A stretch of 64,000 nucleotides of DNA from Marsupella aquatica (lineage: Eukaryota; Plantae; Marchantiophyta): contig OZ316892.1 in NCBI GenBank assembly GCA_973895155.1, positions 634,917-698,916 on the forward strand, written 5' to 3'. The translations under genes were made by a program, and so were the position numbers. Positions 49,824 to 60,682 of this stretch are shown one piece after another (the first letter of the stretch is position 1; every line of letters starts with the position of its first letter). Below the pieces are notes generated by a model. The model saw only the letters and a list, made by a program, of their open reading frames with translations, was not told where the DNA came from and searched no databases.

Positions 49824-52516
49824 GTTGATTCCACCTGACAATCCCAATGACTCACGGGCTACAGTACCATGAGCTACAGTGCGCAGCCGTGTTTGCATGC
49901 TCTATGGACCCAGTAGTCAGCCTCGTGCCTTGATCCCTGCCCTAATCGGGGCCCTAATCCTTTGCCCACTCTCCTTAAGTGCATTATCTACTCTACTAAT
50001 AATGGGCAAGCCTTTATCGGTAAATGACATTTCTGGAGTTTATGCATTTACATATAAGCGCATTCAATCACTTATCCAGGGTAAGTGCTTAGAAAGTTGT
50101 CGTTTAGCAGAATGATTCTAGCCCTATGTGCGCTTAGAAAAATGCTTAAAAACCGCTTATCCCGTGTGTAAAAAAAGGAAGAACAAGATGGCATGCAATA
50201 ATCCAGGGTAAGCATTTATGAAGAGTGCATTTATCTAGAGTTAACTGTATTTTTAAATAATACAACAAGAAATGCACTGTTTGCGAGTGCAAATTGACAT
50301 CACTAAACAAAATCTATGAGAGTGCACATGCATTTATCAATTATTGCACTGCAGAGTAAAAGCATTTATTGATAATTACAGTGGACAACTACACACTAGT
50401 TTGATGCACTTATCAAATTGCAGTATAAGAGTTTTGGCATGGGGAGTCCCATATGTGGGACAAGAAGTATGTATGACCTGACAAAAAATATACAGAAGTG
50501 CATAAGCAAATTCACATGCAGGTATTAGAAAGTATAACATGCATATATGGAGGAAGTGCATAAATGATATCTTATGCACTTATGATATTGTGCGTAAAGT
50601 GGATACATTTAGACTTGGTCAACTGTAGAGCAAGGATACAGTAGAAGTGCTATTACCGTAATTAGAGTGACATTAGACTGATAATCAGGTCTGGGGTGTC
50701 TTCTCAAGAACCTGCATTTAGACATGGTCAACTGGAGAGCAAGGATGTACACTGGAAGTGCTATTACCCTAATTAGAGGGACATTAGAATGAAAATCATA
50801 AACAGCCAAGCTCCCCGTTCAGGACTCCATGCATTCTCTCAGATGCAGTGAATAGAAACCAATTGATTTTCTCGTTGAAGTTCTCACCTGTTTGCTTCTG
50901 TTGCTCAGTAAATTTTCTTTGAAGACAGTTGAGTTTTTGCCTTTAGCTTTGATGGATATTTAATGGGGAGCATCAAAACCCAAGGATCAACAGGGACCTA
51001 CCATGTGGGTCCATGCCAGGAGCCCCTAGTGGACCTGACCAAAACTGGATCCTACTTGAGTAGGACAAGATAAACGATGAGAACCTACTTAACTCTACCG
51101 TTGGACCCAGGCACACACCCTGGGTCCTGGGCCTTCGCACGGTCCTAGCATGGGCATGTTTTTCTATGAGTTGCGCGGGGTCCTAGCATGGGCACTGTTT
51201 TCCATAAAGCAAACCTATCGAAGTTATGATTTCATTTTCAGGCTCACAAAAATAAATTTAAGTTCTCTATAATTATTATTTTTATGCTCAAAAATCCTCA
51301 GGAGTTTTTTTAGAATCATAGTAGGCCAGAGTTTGCTCATAGCACAAGATCCACCAGAAATAGAATGTAGTAAGTAGAAGTAAGTATATGTAACATTGTG
51401 CCAAAGGAAACAAGCCAAGGAGCCCCCCACATCAACAAAAGTTTTGTTTTTTTAAACCTACCAAATAGCCTAGAAGACTAACACCCTACTGGGCACAGAA
51501 GTAGAGCTCAGGAGTCCAAACCAAAAATAGAATGTAGTAAATAGAAGTAAAGAAGAGGAGATTTTCAAATACATCTCCAGGACGACCATCTCACAAACCT
51601 AGCAAATGGTGGAGAATTAGTTTGTGTTGACCCCATCCTTCCATCTCCCACGTAAATCAAGGCAGGACTTGTCAAATTTTTGCCAATAAATGAAAACCCT
51701 GAATTATAAACCAAGGGGTTCTTTGTATGCAAGCCAATTGTGTAACTTGCTCAAGGCAATTTACTTTTTTCTTTCAATTAAAAGACCCAAACGAGGGGGA
51801 TGACTGTCTCAGGTTGCATCACCGTGTACAATCGTGCAATCGTATCATACGTGCTTCCTAAAAACTGTGCTTTAAGGTGATTTACTCTTTTTGGGGCTTT
51901 AGATATCAAGCACTTTTAGCCATGATTACATTTACTAATTTTGACAGCACTTCATACAATTTGCATGCAGCAGAAAATTAAGTCATTTAGATGACTCAAA
52001 CATCTATAACGTGAACCTAAGGACCTTGTGTAGGCGACAGACAGTAGGCCATTCCATTGTGAGATACTTTGTTAATCATATATTGTCTCTCGTCTACACA
52101 AGTTGAGAAAATATCCAAGAAAAAACTTAACAGGATCTCTCTAGCATCTCCTGGACTTACCAGACCCTTGTGAGTAAGATGCCATGAAGACCTGGACAGA
52201 ATAGGCAATCACAAGGTATTCTTTATGGCATCTTGCTGAACTGTTAAGTCCAGAAGATGCAAGAGGGGTATGTTGAGTCTTTTCTTGGAAAATATCTCAT
52301 AATAGAACACCAATGGTCTTTCACTGTATAATATCATTCTTTGGTTGTTTAAAGTCTCAAGGCTCTTGCCCGAAAGTGAATTGAAAGTGAAAAACACACT
52401 AAGAAAACGATACCCACTTGAAAGGACAAAACCGTTCGTAATATTTTGTGTAATTATATATTATATACTTGTGCCTTACTGCAGCGCCTGGAATTGACTT
52501 GACAATAATATGAACC

Positions 52517-55500
52517 TAGTATAGAGTGAATGTCAATCAGCATGTGAATAGTCATGAATGAAGGTACATATAGTCTGGTCGAGTGACCGGCTGGTCCGGT
52601 CTTCCGGCTAGAGGTAGAGTCTAACACTCCCCTTTGGATATATAGTGACAACTATATAGACAACATAGACTATACCTATTATATCATGTTCATATGAAAT
52701 ACATGATATAAGTACAAGTGAAGTAGACTGCCTCGTTAAAAAACCTTTATCAACTTTAACTTAGTAAAAACTCTATCAGTGTAGCAGAGAAAAAATATGA
52801 ATGCTAAAGGAAAAAGAGTGCAACCTAACCGTCCTCATCGTAATAAATGTCAATGTTAAGTAAAGTTAGATGCTATAGTAAATCTAGCTTTAATATTTGT
52901 CTCAACAGTAAGTCGTCAGCATCATGTCGTCAGCATCATCAAGCATCATGTGGAGCAGCAGCCTCCACGGTCATCATGCGTCGCACGCTCCGCAGTCCAA
53001 TCGCCTGGCAGTGTCGGTGATGAACTGATGGCGATAGTGATTTGGTGAAGAGATCCGCACAGTTGTCTGCACTTGAAATCTGCAAAAGGTTGATCTCTTT
53101 TCCGTGTAACTCGTGGGTGTAGAAAAACTTTGGAGCTATATGCTTCACGCGCTCGCCTTTGATGAATCCTTTCATGATCTGCTGTATACATGCTGCGTTA
53201 TCCTCAAAAATGTTAGTAGGCTTCATTAGTGGTGGTAGGCCGCATTTGGTGTTGATGTGGTTTATAAAGGATCGTAACCAAATGGCTTCACGACTAGCCT
53301 CATGTAGAGCTAAGATTTCTGAGTGATTCGATGAGGTTGCTGTTAGGGTCTGTTTCACGCTTTTCCAAGAAAAAGCGGTACCCCCAATAGTAAAAACATA
53401 TCCGGTTTGGGATTTTGCGGTGTCAGTGTCAGAAAGATATCCGGCATCCGCATATCCTATGAGTTTGTGGTTTGCACCGAATGGGTAAAATAACCCGGTA
53501 TCGGTGGTTCCACGTAGATATCTAAATACGTGTTTAACTCCATTCCACTGTCTGGCTGTGGGGGTTGCACTATGTCTAGCTAGTAAGTTAACTGCAAATG
53601 CAATGTCTGGTCGTGTCTGATTTGCTACATACATTAATGCTCCTATCGCAGAAAGATATGGAGTTTCTGGTCCTAATAGTGGTTCATGTTCTTTGCGTTT
53701 GCGAAAAACATCAGTATTGTTTTCTAATGAACATACAATCATTGGTGACGTCAATGGGTGTGTTAGGTTCATATTGAACTGTTTTAGGATCTTTTCAGTT
53801 TGTGTTATCTGATGGAGCATCATGCCAGTGGGTAAGATCTCCAGTTGTAAGCCTAGGCAAAAGTTTGTATGTCCAAGGTCTTTCATTTCAAATGTTGATT
53901 TAAGACTAGTAATAGTATCTTCTGTAATTTGGGGTGTCCCAAATATATTTAAGTCATCAACATAAATAGAAACGATGACATATTCGTCATCCACATGTTT
54001 AATACATAAACATGGTGTAATGACATCATGGGAAAAACCCATGGCAATCATTTCATCAGTAAATCTTTGATACCATACTCTGCCACTTTGTTTCAGGCCA
54101 TATAATGCCTTCAACACACGGATAGCTAGTCCGCGGCGAGTATTCCGTACGGTTGACACAGCGGTGTCATTATTATGAGTTACATGTGTAGATGACACAT
54201 GAGGTATAACTTGAGATAATTGTTTTATAATCTTATGTAAATATGGAATATGCGATTTAGCGCCTTGAGCTAAAACTCGGCGACATTGCTCCAACTTGGG
54301 AGGTGATCGCATGTACAGACAAGTGTCTAAAGTTCCATATAGATATGCGGTCGCAACATCCAGTTGTCGCATTTGTAGTTTATGGAAAATGGCAAATCCG
54401 ATAAGGTATCGAAATGTTGTGCTATCCATAACCGGTGAGTAAGTTTCATCGTAATGAATTCCCGGTTGTTGGGTAAATCCTTTCCCTACCAGACGTGTTT
54501 TATAGCGTACAACTTGGCCTTTATCATTTCTTTTGCGGAAGAATGTCCACTTGTAGCCAATGAGATGTACGTCTTGGGGTGTTGGCTCAACTGGGCCAAA
54601 AGTGTGTCTGCTTAGTAGGGAATCTAATTCTCCGTTTATAGCTTTTTGCCATTCAGGCCAATCTGGTATGTTTTGGCATTCTAAGATGGATATTGGTTTG
54701 GGTGTTTCATCTGTGATATGTGTTGCCACCATTAATGCAAAAGCATCATCTATTGAAGTAGGGTTTCTATCCCACATCGTACCGGTATGTGCGTAGTGGA
54801 TAGAAATCTCTTCATGAGTTGTGGATTTGGTATGATCGACATTAGGTGAAGGTGGTATAGATGAACCGTGCCTTCTTGGTTGTTTATCCTTTGATCCCAA
54901 CGGTCTGCCATGTTTGGCACGAGACTGGGATGTATTTGTTGGCTCACTTGATAATTCAATGCGAGCAGATGCTCTCACAGCTGGAATATGTGAGCGGGTA
55001 ACTTGTGATGTATCGACAAAAGTGTCTGGAAGTTCTTCCACAATCTTGTGGAGTTGCAAAATTTGCTGAACTTCTTTCTCCCCTTGATTGGTTCTAAGGT
55101 CTTGCCAAAATGGCGAATGTCTTTCCCACTCCAAAGGTGGTTGTGGGTGTTTAGGGGTTATTAATGGTGGATAAACATGTTCATCAAGATGGCAATCTAG
55201 AAATCTGGATTTAAAAACGTCGTCAGTTGTAGACTCCATATATCGGATTATGGACGGAGAGTCAAATCTGATGTATATCCCCAACTGTCGTTGGGGTCCC
55301 ATCTTGGTTCGTTTGGGTGGAGTAATGGGGACCATTACTTGACATCCAAATGAACAAAGATGTGATATCAGGTTTGATACCATTAGCAATTTGGTATGGG
55401 CTATAGGTATTAAAAGCCGATGGGCGGTATTGAATTAATGCATTAGCCTATAATATGGCATGTCCCCATGCTGAGACGGGGAGTTTTGACTGCATTAGTA

Positions 55501-58500
55501 GTGGGCGTGCAATTAGCTGAAGACGTTAAATGATAGCTTCAGCTAATCCATTCTGAAAATGCACATGAGGTACAGGATATTGTACGTCGATGCCAAGTGA
55601 TGTACAAAAGTCGTCAAATGTTTCAGATGTGAATTCCCTTGCATTGTCCACCCTTAGTGTCTTAATGGGATGATCTGGGAATTGTGCTTTCATGCGCAAG
55701 ATTTGCGCCAAGATGCGAGGCATCACCATGTTCCTCGTTGAAAGCAGGGTCACATTTGACCATTTAGTGGATGCATCGATTAATACCATAAAGTAGCGGA
55801 AAGGTCCGCTTGGTGGGTTAATTGGCCCGCAAACATCTGCATGGATTATTTCCAAGAATTGGGGTATTTTAGTTGGCAATTTTGATGCCGTGGACCTTGT
55901 TATTAATTTTCCGCGTGAGCATGCAGTGCATGGGGTGCTTGCTGGAATGTGGCGTGTATTGATTGGAATGCCTCTTGAATTCTTAATGATTTTGGTTAGC
56001 ATTGATTGGCCGGGGTGGCCGAGGCGTGTATGCCAAAGCGCATGCAATTCACTTGTGTTGGCATTGTTATGCAGACATTCAATATGAGTTACATAAAACC
56101 CGCAGGGGTACGAGAAAAGGGTTTCTTTAATGATTTTCCCTGTAGGGGTATTTTCAACCAAGTGTATCACTTCGTGGTCTCTTGTATCGCCCGTCTGGAC
56201 ATGTAGTCCATTTGCTCGTATATCTCTGAAACTGAGGAGATTACGGGTTGCGTTCGGGGCAAAAATGGCAGATTCTATGTGAATCGCTGTACCTTACGGT
56301 AGTCTAATGGAAGCTGGGCCGAAGCCTTCTTCTATTTGGCTCGGGCCATTTATAGTGGTCAGGGATCTACGTGAGGGTGTAATCTTGTGGAAAAGGTGCC
56401 TATCCCTGAGGATAGTATGCGTGGTCGCACTGTCGATAATACATGTGCTTGGACTATTTAAATCTGGTGTAATGGAGCTACTTGCCACTAAGTGTGCCTC
56501 GGGTTGGGCAGGTAGGTCTGAAAAGTCTTGGAATGGGTCACTAGACTCCATAAACGCCCCATGGGTTTCACGGGGTGGTGGCCTAGAGGTTTGTCCATCC
56601 TGGATGGACCGTTGGTATAGATCTCTAAGGTGTTGCGGGATTCTATAGTTTCTCGCTAGGTGGTTTGTCATGCCACATTCATGGCATTTCGGTTATTCCC
56701 GTTGTTGTCGGGATTGTGACCAATCATTTCTACAGTTGTTGTTATATGTTCTACCACCGCCGCGTCCACCACGTCCACCACGTCCTCCTTGTCCTCCGCG
56801 TCCTCCACGTCCTTCTCGTCCACCACGTCCTCCACGTCCTCTAAAAGTCCGTTGGGAGTTATATTGTGGACGTTGGTTATAGAAACTCCCCCTATTGTGG
56901 GTGTTTCTTTGGTTGCCATTCTTAGTGCGCTTAATGCCTTGCCTCGATGTGGAGGGTTCAACATTTTCTATGTTATGGGTTTCATTCTGTTGTCCTGAGG
57001 GCAGTGTGCCCGCAGGTCGTTTTCTAGAGTTTACTAAAAGAAGTTCTTGGTTTCTTTCGGTGACTAGGAGGTGGGCTATGAGCTCGGAGTATTGCCCAAA
57101 CTTCATGTTTCGATACTGTGTTGATAGCCACACATTCGATGAATGAAATGTCGACAAGGTCTTCTCTAGCAGATCCTTGTCTGTGACCGGCTCGCCACAT
57201 AGTGCGAGGGTTGAGGTTATTCTAAAGAGTTTGCTATTGTAGGCTGAAATAGAGGTAAAGTCCTGGACTCGTAGGTTTAGCCAGTCTTGCCTGGCTTTAG
57301 GCAGTTCGACCAGTTTTTGGTGGTCGAATCGGGTTTGGAGCGTTGTCCAAAGTTCACGGGGGGTTGAGAGGTGCATGTATTGTCTTTGTAGGAATCTATG
57401 GATATGGCGTCTAAGGAATACGAGAGCCTTAGATTCGTTGGCTTTAGTTAACGGGTCTAGTTGGGGTTCGCCAGCTAGTATAGGTTGAGCCATCCCTATA
57501 GCTGGGAGTAAGGTTAGCAAGGTTAGGTTCTCTTTGAGGTTCAGGGACCATTCTAGGTAGTTGCCACCATCAATTTCTAGGGCTGGAAAGGTTAGTTTCT
57601 CAAGGTTGGCCATCTCTAAGGGTCCTAGCGTGCAGCGGTGGTGTGCGTGTTTATATAATATATGTATAGTCAAAGACAATGCACATTTGCCGCATGCAAT
57701 GGTGGAAAAAGGGTTGAGGAAAGCAATCTAAGTCATTGGCGAGTTAAGCAAGAATGATTGGGTTTTTGCGGAATTTAGGTTTTGCACTTAGTAAGTTGGT
57801 TTTCTTTGTAAATGTATAACTGCATTCTCTTCTTTGTATTTTAGGATTCCTTTGTATTTTGGTGCAGTTATTCAGTTGTGCACTTAGGGTTGCAGTTATG
57901 TGTTTGAGTGCTCTTCTTCCTTTGTTATTTCAAGTTCCATTGGAAATGAGTTGCGCTTAGGGATGGATTGGCGGTTAGGTAATTTATCTCGTGGGGCTAT
58001 GGTGCCCCTCTCGATCTGGTTTGCCTTCACGATTTCCTTCAATGTCTTGGCTATGGCCGATTGCTTGGTTCTTCTCGCCCTTCCTCAATTTTCCCTCTCG
58101 TCCTCCTTCGATGGCGTTCTTGGGCACTTCTTTCTTCCTTCTTTGGTCCAAGTCATTTTCAGCCTGTTGTCCGTCTATCCTTCATAGCCCTTCAAAATTT
58201 TTTGCTACTTCGCTGCTGCGCCCCCTCGCGAATCTCTCCGTCATCATAGTGTCATCTCAATTTCTTCCTTTTGCTTCTCGAGATTTTTGCCTTCGCCGTC
58301 TCCTTCCGAGCCGGGCCTTGAATCTTTAGAGATGATCTATAGTGGAACAATCCGGAGACCTTCGCGCTTTGTGAATGTTAATCTTTGCTTTTCTCGCTGC
58401 GCCTATGATAGGCGATCTCTCATTCGATGCTACCCTTATGGAGTTTCTCCTTTCTATGATTCGGGTTGAGCTTCGCCGGGGGCTATCGGTGCTTCATCTG

Positions 58501-59403
58501 TTGCTTTTCGCTGGCTGATTGTTCTTAGTTTTTTGAGGGCGAGTCTTCGCTAATTTTTCAAGGCTCTCTTCTTTCCGTCTGCTTCAGTGAGCACTTTCTC
58601 TGATCTTGGTCCTGCTGCCAGCGGCCCTTCTCTCGATTGCTGCCCTTCTTTCAATTCTTCGATGGGTATGTGGTGCTCCTTTCCTTTTTCAATGTCTTTT
58701 CTCGACGTTATTTGCACAGAGGCAATAGAGGCTTTCGATCACATTTCGAAATCTCCTAGGTCGTTTCGCTTCGGCCTGCTTGCGAGCCTCCCGAAATTTT
58801 TCTTTTGTCCAACATCGGGCATCCTCGCTCCCTATCTCCTTCGATTTCCTTATCCTTTCGAAAGAGTCTTTGCCTCCTTGTTTTGCTACTGTGTTCTCAA
58901 AAGCAACAATCGCAGGCATAGGGGTAGAGCGGTGTGCCACCAGCTTTCTGCTTATTCCATTTCAATTCATCCTCCCCATAAACTGTCAATTTGTCCGCAG
59001 TCTTCTTCCGGCGTTTGCTCAAACCAGGCTCTGCTTCTGACGATGAATTTTCGATGGCCTCTCGTTGCTAGCGGCCCTACTCTCGAGTGCCCTTTTTGAT
59101 TTTCCTTTCCATCAATCCTTATCGATGTGTTTCTTCGATCCTTATGAACTTTTCAGTTTCTGCTTGACTCTCTGGTTTTCTTCTCGATTCTCTATTCGGA
59201 ATTCTCTTCAAGTCCTTATCGATTTCTTTTCATTTGCCTCTTAGGGATTTCTCAATCTTTTTCTCCGCTGGTTGAGTCCTCGTGCTGCTAACGTAGTATA
59301 GAGTGAATGTCAATCAGCATGTGAATAGTCATGAATGAAGGTACATATAGTCTGGTCGAGTGACCGGCTGGTCCGGTCGTCCGGCTAGAGGTAGAGTCTA
59401 ACA
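52517..59403 (-). mobile_element. Full-length Ty1/copia LTR retrotransposon, Bianca-like
   Basis: 110-bp LTRs at 52517-52626 and 59294-59403 with one mismatch; 5-bp TSD GAACC (52512-52516, 59404-59408); PBS CGTTAGCAGCACG (59281-59293); PPT AAGGGGAG next to the 3' LTR; domain order gag-PR-INT-RT-RH. Confidence 0.96.
52939..57613 (-). pseudogene. copia gag-pol polyprotein, disrupted
   Basis: Gag MANLEKLTFPALEIDGGNYLEW, RGG tract, CHECGMTNHLARN(Y) knuckle, protease IIDSATTH, integrase WHTRLGHP/CTAC/HADVCGP/RVDNA/QNGLAE, RT LYGLKQSGR/YVDD and RNase H GYADA/ADLFTK. In-frame stops near 56693, 56294 and 55526, and a frameshift between 55390 and 55525. Confidence 0.93.
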
Positions 59404-60499
59404 GAACCATCCTTTCAAAACTGCTATGAGAGCGACGCGTAGTGCAGTCCACGTTCGAGTCGTCCAGTAATCCAGTACGATTGTGGACGGAGCACCGTTG
59501 ATGTACATTCCGTGCACCGTATTGTACAGACACACGAAACAAGCAGGTGCCCACTGTCGAGATCTTTCCTTTGCAATCCGGTGCTCCTGGATTGTATTCA
59601 CAGAGAAGAGTCGAGAAGAGTCACCGTGAGTGAACGTCCATGTGAGCCACAACTCGTCTGCCTGGCTTTCCAGCCTTTACTACAGAGTTCTGACCAACTG
59701 ACTTACTATACAGTTCTGATCATCTGACTGTGTCCAAACGAGAAACGAGCACCATGGAGTAACCTTGTCCAACTCGCATCTTTCTTCATGCCCTAAACTT
59801 TGCAGTTTGCCCCTTGGGTATCGTACTTAGCTGGATCTAAATTTTGCCGCGGCCTTGTCTGTTGTTGTTTCTCTCGTATGCACTGACCTCCTCATTGCCA
59901 ATACAAAGCTCTCGAACTTCCTGCCCAGCCCACAACACCGGTCTCGCTTTGTCTGGGACTTAATGTTGGCCAGTTTTCCAAGAGCTCGATATTTCTTACC
60001 AAAGCTGCTTCAACGCCGACCTGAGAGGCTCTTACAAGAAGATCGATCAGAGTATGATGCATTTGTTGAGTTTTGGAGTAAATTCTCAGAATTACGTCAG
60101 GTAATCCCTAGCCCGAGTTGTGATGAACGTTTTTCAATAAATGCTGGTCTTGTGACATCTACGGGTGCAGAAAATGTTGAGGATATGCCGTCTTCTACTT
60201 TCACTCAAGCAGTTACCACCGTTGGAGACAACCAAAAGAGAAGGTGATAAATGTGCAAGATTCTTTTGTTGGCTTCGTTTCTTGCTTCATTTGGTCCTGC
60301 CTCCCTAAAAGTGCAGGCCCTCGGGAAACCTTCGATGCTTGCATTTATTGCGTGTAAGAGCAAGCAACCGTCCATAAATTACTCGTTTCAATTTTAGCAC
60401 ATAGGAATATTCACCGTGGCCCACTCCATACAATCATGTTCTTGTGAAAGGATTGATCACACACTTCACGCTCGCTATTCAGCCAACATTGTGATTGAT

Positions 60500-60682
60500 C
60501 CCCTCTAGTAACATTGAAAAGGTAACTGTGTACACGCAAAGCACTCTAACCCCTGTTTGCAATGGAGCACTCTAACCCCTGTTTGCAATGGAGCACAGGT
60601 CCCCTGTAGTAACATTGAAAAGGTAACTGTGTAATGCATGGATCACCCAAAGCACTCTAACCCCTGTTTGCAATGGAGCACC
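60500..60682. repeat. Compound tandem duplication
   Basis: AGCACTCTAACCCCTGTTTGCAATGG x3 interleaved with TAGTAACATTGAAAAGGTAACTGTGTA x2. Confidence 0.85.

Larger units (their letters stand above)
46983..50247 (-). mobile_element. pogo/Tigger-like (Tc1/mariner superfamily) DNA transposon with imperfect TIRs and TA flanks
   Basis: Left end TA|TAGTGGCCCCTGGATAAACGCACCCT versus the reverse complement of the right end TA|CAGTTAACTCTAGATAAATGCACTCT. Related GATAAG(C/T)GC/TAAGTGC motifs recur near both ends. Confidence 0.8.

Noticed and set aside
3867-57146. Many short ORFs antisense to or overlapping the real genes and transposon ORFs
   Set aside because: Shadow frames of the true coding sequences, with no independent motifs.
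59409-60247. Host gene interrupted by the copia insertion
   Set aside because: Joining the flanks gives only short frames and no recognisable family.
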